In this document: positions 22,875 through 37,300 of the stretch, piece after piece
Numbering within the stretch: the stretch's first letter is position 1
Layout of the letters: the number at the start of each line of letters is the position of its first letter
Assembly: GCA_964199315.1 (NCBI GenBank)
Contig: OZ116708.1
Location: forward strand, 22,320,001 to 22,384,000
Origin: Orbicella franksi
Taxonomy: Eukaryota
Length of the DNA stretch: 64,000 nt
Reading direction: 5' to 3'
Made by a program: the position numbers and the translations under genes
The notes under the pieces: model-generated
Told to the model about the DNA's origin: nothing
The model's database searches: none
Seen by the model: only the letters and a program-made list of their open reading frames with translations

Positions 22875-25374
22875 GCTAAAGTTTATATTGCACAAGAGTG
22901 GTCATGCTAGATAAGCGAATATTTAACCTTTATATAGCCTTTTCAATTGCCTTTTTAAACTTAGTTTTCAACTTTTTTTCTCAGTAAGAAGATGTTAATG
23001 CAGAATTCCATGTAAAACCAGGTTTGCTGAATTAGAGCTCTCCTGTGAAAGTAATTGGGCTGAATATGTAAAATAGTGATAATTTGTAGCCTTAATTGAT
23101 TAATGTAGATTCATAATTTTTTCAAGGAAGAATAAACGTTTTGCTTTGACCAGAAGTGTCAGAAGTTTGTCTCGTAATGTGTTTTTCATTTCATTTCAAT
23201 GACAATTGAACTACAATTGTATAAACTATGTTATCGATCAGTCGTAGCCAGGTGAATTGTAGCTAACAAAAGGAATTCTTTGCCCTCTGTTTTTGTTCAA
23301 TTTTTTTGGCGTTGACCTTGCACAAGTAGGTTTTGCTCAGTGTCCGAGCAATAACAATATATAACCTGGGAAAGTCAGATGGTAAGGTAATTCTTAGGGC
23401 GAAACGAAAGATTGTGCTCTTAAAAATTGGAGAGCTGTGTTCTTTATTTATATTTTCTTGATTTTATCCACCGATTGGTTTTCAATTTAATGTTTTATTG
23501 AGGGACAATGAAACTCACCTATATCAATACAAAGATTAGCCTGAATCACAGCCATCTATTCGATTTGTGCTAAAATTCATGCTATGCTGAGATAACAAAG
23601 GGCAAAGTTTTCCTGACAAGTGGCAAGACCATATCTTACTCTCTCTCCCCCCTGAAACAGACAAAGTTCTTCGAGGGTCTGAAACAGGGTTTGCAAATTC
23701 TGCTTCCCACCACCAATTTCGCCATCCCGCTTACTTCGGACGAGTCATCCCGATCCCCCACGTTCCGAAGTGTTATTAAACCGTGACAAGACGATGTGTT
23801 TCCCTGATGAGACACCGGGTTGTCGGTTTAATTTTGATGGTTTCTATAGAAAAATCGACAAGCCTGCGACTAGACTGCGAGCGGAAAAAGAGAAAAGAGA
23901 CGCTCACAGTCTAGCCTGCGATAGAAGTCTGACTGCAAATTGAAAGAGTTGACAAAAGAGCCAAAATAGAAAAGTTGAGAGTTACCACATGTTGCCTATG
24001 TTGTTAACCTAATTTTGATTGTCTTACACCCCGTTTCCCGCACGAAAATAAACAATATTTCCGCACGTCCCGCCAACTTCCCGACTCCAGCCGACCCCTT
24101 GTGATCCCGCATCCCGCCTTCAAACTTCCTTCCATCCCGCATGCATCCCGGCAACCCTATGAAAACGGTGGCCCATCGCCGATTTCCGAAAACCACATCA
24201 CGGATCTCTTTACGAGCTTTTTACCACATGCACTACATTATTTTAGCAAGAAGCCACGGTCCACTAAGGTTTGCGTGATCACTGTTGAAGGTAATTTCAG
24301 ATGCCTTGACACATTGCAAAGTACCAATTTATAATTTTGATTGATTAAACTACTGACGTTTGTTTGCCACATCCTTCCTGTTTCGACTGTCTAGTGAGGA
24401 CTTCCCATGCCCGGGGGTTTTGGAGAACAAGGGAACGTGATCATTGATTTCAAGGGAACAAGGGATATTTTGGAACAAGCGATATCTCTGCCTTTAAAGG
24501 GAACTTTGAAAAAACGTACAAGGAACAATGGAATTTATTAACTGGGGACAAGGGGAAAAAATAAGAATTTTTCAAGGGACTTGAAGGGAACTTGAAGGGA
24601 ACTCTTCCCCCCCTGCTGGGAGCCCTTCTCTAGTCTGCGACCATTAGACAATGGAGAGCGTTTTGCTCTGGAGAAACAGTAAGAAGAACACCTGATGGCA
24701 TGTTTAATACGGATAGACAGAAAATTGAATCAGTATCCAGGCAACAACTTATCGCTTAAAAATTTCAGCAAATGGTGTGATCTTGTGACCTGACATGTCG
24801 TGTTCACTTAACAAAAATTCTATTATGCATGTTTTTAAAAGGGAAACGCCAAATGTTTAGTCTTCTAAAATTTTGACGTTATTGTAGAATAACAACGGTG
24901 TCCTAGCATGCGGTTTGTCGGTAGGAAAACAGATTTCGATCTGTCCCCTACTAAAACTGAAATGGGCTTCTCCCACTACCCCCATTCACAAAGAACTAAA
25001 CTTTTGAACACAATCGCAAGTTCGTGGATCAAAAGCGAAATAAAAACGCTTTTAGTAAGAAACTCCATTGGTGATTAAATGATCAAATCTCCGTTGAACG
25101 AATCGAAGCACCAATCGCGAAAAAAATACAGCAGTGATCAAAAGATCAAATCTCTATAGAACGAATCGGATTATTTCTGTGTCCAAAGATTCCCATTGTG
25201 AAAATAGATTAACAAGGTGCTTTAGCCGTTGTTTTTATTTGCAGATAATTTGCAATCATTTTTTCTCGTAACTTTTAGCTCGGGAGGTGCATTTAGAGGA
25301 CATTAAAACACTTGGAGTTGTTTTGTAAACAAACGCACGACTGTTATGTTTGAGCGCGCCGCAATGAATTTCAA

Positions 25375-28300
25375 ATGAGCCGAGCTAGCTGTTGTCAGCG
25401 GATCACAAACATGGCGGATCAAGAGGACGATGACTCCGAGTTTGAACGGCAAGGAAGTTTGGAACGGGAGAGTGTAAGCACTGAAAGTAGTTACGACGAA
25501 AGCCCGTTAAGTCCGAGAAGTGAAGACTCGGACTGGGGTTTCGGTGCGAATAAAAATGCCGGTTTAGCGCACGTCTTCGACCCTGAGAAACAACGTAACG
25601 AGTTGATTAATGCCGAGAAAAAAGCTTCCATCGTTGACTGCCTTTTGTTTGAAATTTACGACCAGTATCACAGCAGAGACTCTGTGGACAGTGATAATGT
25701 TACCGAGTGTTCTACCACATCGGGAAGCTTCTACGGTGGCTCTTTCGACCTTGAGGAACGCGGAGAAAGTTGGACAAGAAATGAACTCTTAGGCAAAGGT
25801 TAGCACACGCGCAGCGGAACGAAGTTCTTACTGTAAGCCTGTAAGCTTAAATTCAGTAGAATTAGCAACAAATGCACAAAGGTCGAATACTTATTCTCGG
25901 TTATTGGTCATCTTCTTGCTGTGTGAGACCAAAATTAATAAGTCAAGCGAATGTTTTCATTTTGCAAAATGTACGCGGAAAGTTACAATTGATCATGATT
26001 TTCTTCCAGCAAAATGGCGCGCGTAGTTTTAGTAGTATAATAAGGTTATATACTAGTTCAAAGTTATTTTAGGGGTGATAACCTCAAAAGCAGAGCGTAT
26101 TTTCTAAAACCTTTTTTACTCTTGTATATTTTCCAAAAACAGTCAGCATTAGTACAGGTGATGTTTTTCAATTTGGTTATTTATTGAACTCGTGTGTTCT
26201 GTTCATGATCACACACAGATACAGATGAGCTGAGAGTCATTGCGAAAGAGATGCGAACGAGAATATCCATGTTGTCGACAAAATTAGTCAAACAGCTGAA
26301 GAGAAGGGACAAACACGCTTACAAACTGCAAAGAAACTTCGATGTTTTAACGGCGATTCTCCAAGCGGTTTCGCTGAAAAGACGTAAGTACTAATAAAAA
26401 TAGAATCTCGACTCCCACACACGAATCACGTCACATTGGGAAATTTTAATTTCTTCGATTTCTTTAATAAGCTAACTTGTTTGTGCTAGTTTCAAATCAA
26501 AATCCCTATGAAATAGAAACCATTGGAAATCATAGAATTCCAAGGGACGGGATCTCTCTGTGGTAAATTAATTAATTTCAACCCAATTTTTCAGCTCAGA
26601 CCTCAATACTATTAACAATGATTTCTATATGTAACCTTACGACAAAGGTCGCTGTTTGCTTCTAATAGCCGAGGCTGGGATTAAATTAGAATCACTTTCA
26701 TTGCAGCCGGGGGAGTTCTTTTTGTAAAGATTTAAAATTTAAAAAGTATTTTTAAACACCTTACAACAGCGTGGTACCTCTAAACAACTCAGCATTTATT
26801 TTCCAGTACGTACATCTGTGTAGATTCGAGCTCCAAATCGATCGTTGAATCGTTCGAAAATCTATTGTAATGCAAATTGCTTGACACGTCTTAATTTTGT
26901 CTGCAACATGCAAAGTTATTCTGTGATCAATCACTTTTAGCTTCTGTAAACGGTCTAGTTGACAAGCCTTGAAATTTTACAAGTTTTGTATGTGACAATT
27001 GTCAAATGGGAGTAAACCTTTCGCATTGTCATATTGTTCCTGCTGAGTATGTTTTAAGTGGGTCATTTTGTCCAAAACTGTTGCCCTGTGAGGTGTGAAG
27101 ATTAATTGTAAATATTTCAATTATGGACACAGTCCTGATGTAACCAAGAAACAGTGTCTTTAATGTCACACAGTTTTCACTGTAAATGCTCCAAATTGGC
27201 AACATCCTTTGTTCTGAAGAAACTGAGAGATAGATTTGTTAATGTAAATGCAAATTTTACGTATTGCAAGTGACAACCTAATTAAGATGGATTGCTAATC
27301 AACGTGCAGACATTTTTGACAGGCCAGTCTTTTCCTTACAAGCTGTCAGATGCAGGATGTAATGCATACAGAAGCAACTTTTTTATACACACTTTTGTGT
27401 TTGAAACCAACGGCTTGTGGGATTGTGTTTAAATTTCAAAACAGTTTCATGGGCGATCTTAGTTGAGCAATTGAGGGGGTGCATGGAAAAAGACCCTACA
27501 GCTGTATAATTATGTAAGTGACCTCTGATAGACTGCAATGTTCTCCCAGCAAATTGCTTTTCATTTCTTGCTATGAAAAAAGGAGAATTTGACATGAGAT
27601 CAAGAGTCACTTAGAGCTTTTTCGCACGCACCCCTTCAACTTGTAAAAGAAAGTTGCTGTTGTGAACGTCATTTATCTTTGGAAGGCAAGTCATCTAGAT
27701 TTTAATGATCTTTTTTAGAAATTTTTATTAATTCTAAATATGTACTAGTTTTACCTAACTTTTTGTACTTGTGTATTGATGAAGGGCGCCGTACTTTCAC
27801 AATGTAGTTCAGGGGTATTTCTGTCTATCAAAACATTCCTGATCTTACCAAGGAACTGTTTGCTCCAAATTGGCAACATATGTTGTTATTACAAAACTGA
27901 TATGTAGATTGGTTAAATGTGAAATGCAAATTTTACATGTTGCAAGTGACAACCATATGAATTAAGACAAGATGGATTGCTACATGTAATCAAGGTGGAG
28001 ACAATCTTTTCCATACGATATGTCGCAATGCATGATGTACATGTAACGCACTTAAAGAAGCAACCTTTTTTATACACACTTTTGTGTTTTGAGCCAGAGG
28101 CTTTTAGGATTTTGTTAATAAATACATTCATGTACTTTAAAAATTAAAAAAGGGTTTGGAACCCTATCTATGAGGACTCTTGTTTGAGCATTTTGTAAAA
28201 GGAAGTTGCTGATTTTAATGCCCTTTGTCTTTTGATGCTACATCAAGTAAATTCAAATGATTTTCAATTACTATTGTTTTCCAGATATAATTGAAGGGTT

Positions 28301-31300
28301 TTGTGCAAAAGGGCATATGTGTCATTTTGGGCTGATTTGTATTTTTTGCAGGATCGAGCTAATTTTTGGCAGACTGACTTGTTTTGACATGAAAAGCATT
28401 GTTGCGTAATTGTTTTTGTTGATTTGCGCTTTGTTTTCGAGAAATAACGTGTTACGACAAAACAAACTCGCATCTGGCCAGTTCGGCGCCTTATTCGCTT
28501 GCGCTAACGAAGCAACAGTCAGAGAATTGCGTAATTATATGAATTATAAAACTAGCCGCAAATACCAAGCTTCGATGACTTCATCGTTTAGCAAAACAAA
28601 GGTTTCTTTTGTTTTTCGCTCAACAAAAGATCTCCAAAAGATACCCTTGGAAAACTGTAATGGTGAAAAAACATATTTTACTAAACAAAACATTTAGTAC
28701 TTGCGAATTGAACACCTCACTTACATAATCTGGTTCAGGCTTATACTTCAGTGTTACCATATTACTTCTCCTTGGCCATTACTGTAAAGTGCCGATAATA
28801 AGCACTGCACTTATGCAATGTTGTAAAATATTTTACAGTAAGGACACTCAAACCATGACTACTTGACATTATTTTGTACATTTTCTTGACAATTAGAATA
28901 GAAGGCTCTTCATATAATGTATGGTGTTTGCATTTTTTAAGTGCAAAAACACCTAATACTCTTGTTAAAAGGAAGAGCCCACATTCTATGGTCACGAGAA
29001 AATGTACAATAAAATAGCAAGTGTTCAGTTTGAGTGTCCAGGCTGTAGTTGGGTTTGTAACTGGGGGAATTTACATGTATTTCCGAGGGAGGAGGCTTAT
29101 GAATGACATAAAGATTAAACATTCATGTGCGATGTATTCTCAATAAGCTTTAGGTTATACAGTGTATATGGTACTTGTTTAAATTCATGACTGATTGATT
29201 GATTGATTCTCATAATAGATTGTCACTGGTTTTATTGGCAGTGGATTAAAATACATTGTTTCTCATTTCTTTTAGGAGTGGATACAAAAATCAGATTTTC
29301 CTTCATCCCTCAAAGTGGAAAGAAGGCCTTTAAACAGGTAAGATGGCTTTTTCGATTGGTTGTTCAATAACATGCCTGATCACTTGTTGCATTGTTTTTG
29401 TGACTCACCCTTCGTAGCTCTTTTTATTCAGACATGGTTGCCTCAAACTGTCACTCAGATTTCAAAGCAGTTCATTTCCTTTTAAATTAACTTATGATGT
29501 TATCTTTACTTGTGAATCTTTAAAGACATTTGCACGTATAGGCCACTGTCTACCAGTGGCCTACATGTACAATGTACCTTGAGTTCATTATCTTAGTTTC
29601 CTTCATACTGTTCCTTCAGGAATGAAGGTAGGCTTGATTTCTGCTGCTCTCTCAAGTCAGGAAACATTCCTTCCTGAGAAGAGACAGCTGGACACATGAG
29701 CAACCAAGCATGTCTGTGATGTAATTTTATAATTTAATGCAGCACTTATGGCCACCAGAAATGTAATCTTACATGTACAACAGTTGATCATAGACAGGCC
29801 CACATCACCCCTGTGGCTTGTAACATTTTCCGATTTGCCATGCTCTTTTAAATTTAGTCTTCCAACCTCATGTTGTTTCATATTATTGCCGCAGAAGGGT
29901 ATTATACGCTGTGTTCTAAGGTAGAGTTACAAGTTGAACAGAGCCATTCAACTGTGGTGTAGCAAATTTCACAAATGTATTGTCGCAGTTTGATTGGTTC
30001 ATACTTATGATCAATTTGTGAATTTGACATCACTAGTTAGCATTTTTCGTTTTGTTATTATGTAAAACAAATAGATTCCATGTTGCTTTGTGTCTGTTCA
30101 GTAATTGTTTGAATGTTGCTAACACACAAATCTTGAATATCACACAATTTCATGGCTACGTTGAGAAGGAATAATCTTATGCAACCTGCCCGACTCGTGC
30201 AGGCACATTTCTGATTGGTGTAAATTAACAATTTCAGGCTCACGCATCTGCATGTAGCTCTGTACCTTCAGGGAAGGAGCGTGGGCTTCTTTTCCAAACA
30301 GTGGCTGGTAATCAAGCCTAAAATAATTATAGGGTCAAAACATACTTTAGGGGTTTTACATGGTGTACACTACTTAGTTAATATTCCTTTCTGGAGTCTA
30401 AGCCACTGTGAGTTTGGTTTGTTTGGTCAGGGACTTTTACCAATCAGCAGCAGCCCTTGCAAAGTATTTTGTGCAGAGGAACCCTGCTTGATGGACACCT
30501 TGTTGTGCACAGTTTTGTTTGTCCCAACAAAAAGCTTGCTCGTATTCTCTCTTACTTTAGCCGGCTTAATGTGGACAATGGTTAATACGGACAACAGACA
30601 CTTAAATGTGAACTGAAAGAAATCCTCCCATACAAAGTTGACCTTGTTCTATGGACAACAGTTATCTTGTGCCTTTGTACATACTGTACATGTACATAAA
30701 GTATATGTCAAGATTGAGTGCACCATCAGAAAATGAAAGCTTTCCACAGGTTACTTAATACATTTCATTACTAAATACATAAAGTAGCATGACAGCATGA
30801 ATGTCCCATCTTTCTTTTGGTGTTTTGATCCCTTGAAACCTCGAGTATGAGGCATTTGATTACTGTATTGATTGTTGGGCTTCTTCGGCTCTTCGGTTGC
30901 ATTTTAAGATCCAAAAATTTGTTCTGTTTCTTTTAATATTGTAAATTTTGTATGTTTTAGTCCAGTGTCTATGTTTCAATAAAACATGTGTCTGTGGCAT
31001 TTATTCTGACAGCCCATATAATACAGACACTTGAGCATATCTCCTTGGTGTTTGTTTAACTGGGTGTACTGTAGTAGGGGCTGAAAGGGAGGGAGGGAGC
31101 ATGAACTTGTGAATTAATTTTTTTTGTCTTTGAAAGAATTATCTTTGGTAGCAAATGGTTTTATTTAACAGTTAATAAGTTAAAATTATTTTTATTTTAA
31201 AAAAATATCCCTCTACTCCTTATTGAATTATCTCTCTCCTCTCACATTTGACATTGTTTCTTCACATACAGTCATTGTTAAACTAAGTGTTTATTATTCT

Positions 31301-34300
31301 TCTTAGTGGCTTGCTGCTTTCAAAGCCATTGCTAGGCTAAAGGAAGGTGTACCATCACAGTGGAGAAGAAGAGTAAGTTCATTATTTATTTTCTGTTCAT
31401 ACACGTACTGAACTGGTGTGTGACACAGACACAAAAAAACTGGGGACTGAACTTGGGTGTGACACACAAAAACTGGGGATATTTCGTATAACTCAAGGTA
31501 ATTAGAATTTAATGGAACCTAGCCCTCATTCTTGTGGGAGACACAGTGACTTGCAGTGCATAAGATTCTGGAACAAGGTTCAAGGGCTGGCCATGTTCAT
31601 GGTGTTGTGCTCTAATAGACAAGATGCTTAACTCTTACAGTACCTCTCACCACCCAGAAGAACTGGCAAACAATTCTGGTACACCAGTGTGACAAAATTC
31701 TGGCCAGGGAATAGCGGACAATTGACTAATACCCCTAGTTGCTGCGTCGCTGCATGCTACAGTACTTACAGTACATGACCTTGATAAGCCCCTGCTGTGT
31801 TGGCCAATTCCTAATACCTCCGTGTTCTTAAACTGCTTAACTTTAATTTGTTATAAAAATGATTAACTAAAGAGAACTTAATCCTCAATTTATCACTTTT
31901 TCAGGATTTAAACCTGCAGCTAATAGCTTTGATGTTTATTGATAGTTGATGAAGGTTTTTTTAATGTCACCTTCATTTTCCAAGGCTTAATAGCCTAAAA
32001 GGGATATTTTTCAATACCGGTATTTATCGTTAGATCATTAGAACAGTTTTGAATTGAGTGCCATAAAACCAAAACCAAAACCAAAATACTCAATCACTCT
32101 AGCCAATCACAAAGGACACAGACAATCCAATGAACCAATCAAAAAATGAAGCAATAAGATGTACATAAAGCCGTATGCAAAGGTTGGGAAAACCAGTGTA
32201 AACGTTTGATTGGATCAAAAAGGGGCACAAATTTTTTAAGCCAATTGTTTAGCATAGAGATGCAAAATTTATTACTTTTCGACACTCAAATGTATTATTA
32301 GAGCAGTTTTCAATTGAGTGTCGTAAAACCAAAACCAAACCAATTACTTACCAATTAGACTACTCAGCCAATCTCAAACCATAGTAAAACCAAAACCAAA
32401 ACCAAAGTAATTGTCTAATTACTTTCAACACTCAAATGAAAACCGCTCTAACTACAGCACATGTAATAACTTTCAACCAATTCCTTTCAGCTGTGGTTAT
32501 GTCTGGCTGAGAGCAAGATAAAGGATTTGGACTGGGAGAAAACAGCCAAGTTTTGTTTTAATGAGAAGAGTAACCCAGATGATGATGAGCTGGGATCACA
32601 GATAGTCAAGGTGAGGAATATCAGATGAAACACTCATATGTACATGTGTCGTCAAAGTCAAAATACAGTGGAGGAGGACAACAGAAGTCAGAACCTTTTT
32701 TCGTCCTTACCTTGAGATACTGCTCCTGCATAATGCTTTTCAAGTCAATCAGTCTCTCAGCAAATTTCTGTTTTAAGTTATGTGTTTTGTAAGTATTTGT
32801 GTACAGTTTTTGATAGTCCAGGCAACATCAAAAGTTATAAATTTGCCTGCCCAAAGTGCCATTCCTGTATGTAGTCAGTGTGAAAAGAAAGTCCCGTGTA
32901 ATGGCCTGGGGTTAGTGAATTTCTCAGTCATGCAAGTGAATTCATGTTCTTTGCTTGCCCGATGGGCAAGTAAAGTTTCTTGGGAAAAGTTTTGAAGGAA
33001 TTCAAATTACCGGTACAGAAATACTGTGAGAGATGAAATTTTTGAGGGGCTAGTTAGAATAATGTTTGAGCTAGTACATCATGGTAAGAGCTTGCCTGAA
33101 TGACCTGCCCAGAAATTGGTTTTCTTTGCACCCTGGTAGGGCAGCGTGTGTCTGTCAGTTATTTGTTTTAACATCATGTGTATTGATCATGGACACACAG
33201 CATCCTTGCAACCATTACCTGCATGTAAATGCTATTTTAAGGTATTCATCAGCGGGACAAAGGCTGTGGGAGAAGTTGGAAGTATACCTCTTCTTGTAGG
33301 CTTATAATTCTGTGTCATCTGTCATAGTGTACATTTGGCTACTGTGATTGTTTCGAGTCTAGGGCCATTGTGTCTGTTGTTTGGTCTTTTGTTCTCTCAA
33401 AGGGTATGGAGCCATTCATGTGAGACCTAGTGAGAGCTCCTACTCAACCCAGAGAAGTCTGGTGTGACATGTATAATCTCTTCCCAGGGGTTGCCAGTCC
33501 CTTGGGTTGCATGAGTCTTTCTTTTGTTGGGCTTGGTACATGCACCTCTGAAGGTGCAGTGCCCTCAAGGGTAGCGCACTCACCTCTGGATCAAGCAGTC
33601 CAGGTTCGAGTCCTGACCAGGGATGTTTTAGGCAAGGCGCTCTACTCTCACAGTGCCTTTCTCCATCCAGGTGTATAAATGGATACCAGCAAATTTAATG
33701 CTGGTTGTAATGCTACGATGGACTAGCATCCCATCCTCGAGGGAGTCGAAATGCTCCAAAAACCAGAGATAAGCCCTGGCCTGACGGGCCACTTGGCTCA
33801 TATGCAGACTTTGTCTTTGTTACTTTTCTCATGCATTGCAATTAAACCTTTGACTTTTGTAGGATCTCCATCGCACCGGCTGTAGCTGGTTTTGTGGTCA
33901 GGACACTCCAGAAGAGAGAGCCTCCCTGAAGCGAGTTCTGTTAGCCTATGCCAGGCGTAACAAGGCTGTGGGTTACTGTCAAGGGTTCAATGTCATTGCA
34001 GCGTTGATTCTTCAAGTCATGGAAAGAAACGAGGAAGATGCACTGAAGGTAAGTTTGCCTATAAAATCTCCTTACTAGTCTCCATACATCTTCATCAGTA
34101 CTATTTGGGAGAATTTAATGCAGAATACGCAATGGCCTATTAATGTTTAGTGCACCAGTTGAACTCTGGATTGAGCAGTCCAGGTTCGAGCCCAGGCCAG
34201 GGTCATTGCTCTGTATTCTTGGGCAAGACACTTTACTCTCACAGTGCCTTTCTCCATGCAGGTGACTATAAATGGGTACTGGGGAATCTAATGCTGGGGG

Positions 34301-37300
34301 TGACCCTGCAATGGACGAGCATCCTATTCAAGGGAGAGGTTTTAAGAGTATTTAAAAATACTCTTAGTTGCTTCCTGTTACAGAAACCGGAGATAAGCAC
34401 TAACCCGATGGGTCACTGTGCTTGAATGCAGACTTTATCATTACCTAATGGTCCATACTGGTTCTAGTCATCAAATAAGACCACTCTTGTCTCCAACAGG
34501 AATTTTTGTAGTTGAGTGCAAGTGCCATCGCTAGGATGAATCATTACTGTAAGCTGTGATAAATGTTAAGGCTATGTGACTGGTCAAGATTAAGACTTAC
34601 ACAATCTAGCATATGCTTTCTTCTTTAGGTCATGGTTTACGTCATTGATCACGTGCTACCCACCAACTATTTTGCAAACAATCTGCGCGCGTTGTCTGTC
34701 GACATGGCGGTGCTCCGTGACTTGATGCGAGCGAAGCTGGAGAGGCTTTCCAAGCACCTAGACAGCTTACAAGCGCAAGCTTTGTCACAGAATGGTTCAA
34801 ACGCCATGTATGAACCGCCCTTGATCAACGTGTTCACCATGCAGTGGTTTCTAACACTGTTTGCGACATGTCTGCCCGAGGAGACTGTGCTTCGCGTGTG
34901 GGATTCTATTTTGTTGGAAGGCTCTGAGGTGCTTCTAAGAGCTGCTGTTGCTATCTGGGGTAAACTGGGAGAGTAAGTGTCAAACCATGCTTTGTTAGTC
35001 AGTGAGTGAGTGAGTGAGTGAGTCAGTCAGTCAGTCAGTCAGTCATTCAGCGAGTCAGTCAGTGAGTCAGTCAGTGAGTCAGTGAGTCAGTGAGTCAGTG
35101 AGTCAGTGAGTCAGTGAGTCAGTCGGTCGGTCAGTCTGTCAGTCAGCGAGTCGGACAATCATTCAGACAGTCAGTCAGTCAGTCAGTGAGATAGTCAGTC
35201 AGTCAGTCAGTCAGTCAGTCAATCAGTCAGTCAGTCGGTCAGTCAGTCAGTCAAACTACTTTCGAAAACTTTACAGTTCATATAACGTACATATTATCAG
35301 ATAGCTTTTTCCCTGAGATTTGGACAGGTAGAGGCTATTTTCAGGAGATAGACTTGTTTGCATTGTTGTTAGCGAAAAAAAAAAGAAGAGAAAGTTCGCC
35401 TTAAATCGTCACGCGATCTTAAATAGGTTGTTACCAATGGAGCTGTTCAAATCTGTCTTTTCTGTCGTGTAGAGTTGATTCCAGAAACTCTTCTTTTTTC
35501 TCTGATATACTAGAAACCCTTAAAGACACAAGTAAAAGTAACCGTGCACGAACGCGCCATAAAACATCTGTTTTGAGCTTGCGTGCCTATCAGTGAACCA
35601 TAAGTGCTAATATTAAACCATCTTTAAATTAAGAGGCTCGCTATCTCTCCCACAGGCGCCTCGAGGACGTGGAGACTTCAGACGACTTTTACAGCACAAT
35701 GGGTTTACTTATACAAGACGTTTTGACTGGAAATGTCATAGATTGTCAAACATTAATGCAGGTAACGTGAGTCATGAAAATTTCCATGAAAGCGTCATTT
35801 TTGTTTGTCCAGGTTTTGGCTTGTCAGCTTTTTTTTTGTTTACTTAAGTTTTAAACGTATTGAGAATTCGTTACTTTCATGTTGATGCAATCAGTAACCC
35901 ATAATATTTAATATATGAGCCTGTGATCAAAAATAGCATTTTAGTTGTCCAGAATCGGCAATTTTCTAAAATTGTTCACGCACTCGGTCAGTAACGAACG
36001 TTTACGGAAGATTCGATTGGTACTAGAGCTTGGTTCGGAAAGTGCTCGTTCACATTCGTCAGGCATTCGGATTTAAACAAAGAACCTTTGCGGAAGAGCT
36101 TTGCGGAAGAGCTTTGCGGAAGAGCTTTGCGGAAAACGATCGGTCTTCAGTTTTCGTGACTTTCAGCCTGCATTCACAGTAAAAGTAGAGGTCTTGGCAA
36201 AAAGTTTAATTTTTTTCCTGTTGTCTACTTAACCGAGTGGTTATTTGGAAGGTTTGCTGAATCAAGTAGTCTTGACCGACAAGATTTACTGTGCAGCACA
36301 ATGACTTCTCGAGCCGTGTGCATTTTGTTACATTTCCTAGCCGTCTTTTGCAAAACAAACTGAAATAACTGAATTATTAATTTGTACCCCTCAGTTTTTT
36401 TTCTTTTGATGTATTTTCTCGAGAACGTCAACCGTGGCTGTTGAATTTTCCTTGTTCCACTGAATTTCAACGCTTATGTTTTTTAATTCTACCAAAGCAC
36501 AGCTGTGACGCCGTGAAGACACAAGCCAAATTTATCTACATACATGTAATTGCGAAATACTTCATTTTGTGGAGTTTGAATCTATTGTTTTTTACCCTCG
36601 GGGTCTGGACTGTGGTTACTTAAATCCTCGCCTCTCCTGAATATTTACACTGAGAGGACTGATAATACGTTTTTGGTAGACTTTACTTTCGGAAATTACT
36701 GTGGGTGTGTTCTGTTAAACAGGGACCAAAAACACTAACGAGTATTGAGCGGGGTTTGACTATGCTGCAATTGAAGTAAACTTACCTTGTGTTTGTAGGA
36801 GGTGTACGCTCTGGCGCCGTTTCCTTTACCAGGCTTAGCAGAGCTTCGAGAACAGTACACTTATAACATCAATCCGTTTTCGGATGCTTCCGGCGATAGG
36901 AACCCGCGATCAGCACTGGGGCGCGGTTCAAGTGACGAAGAAGAGGACGTTGACGACCTGGAAGGAGTCGGTTGTCTAGGGGCTTTGTTACCATTCTCGG
37001 AATTTGCCCCTGGCAACGGGATCAAGGCCTTAGGTCCTGGCGATACGGATGTGAATGACATAGCAGCTGCTAGCCCTGGTGTGTTTGCTACTGACGGATA
37101 TTCGCCGCTACCTTACACTACAAAGCAGTTCGGGTCTAGAGGAAGTCGAGTTCACGAAGAGATGTCTTATTTGCAGAAGCAGTATGCCAGGATGCGGCAA
37201 ATGCAACAGAATGCTGTAGTAGTGTTTTCTGAGGCTACAGTGCAAAATATACAGGAATCCGAAAAACGAAAGAGCATCCCTGCCGCTATAAACCATCTGC

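Noticed and set aside
23690-24630. ORFs and gggaac/catccc-rich tracts between gene C and TBC1D30
   Set aside because: They look like fragments of interspersed repeats, with no coherent exon chain or transposase similarity.
34996-35253. CRISPR-like or coding repeat array
   Set aside because: This is a simple tetranucleotide microsatellite without spacers, in a eukaryotic intron.
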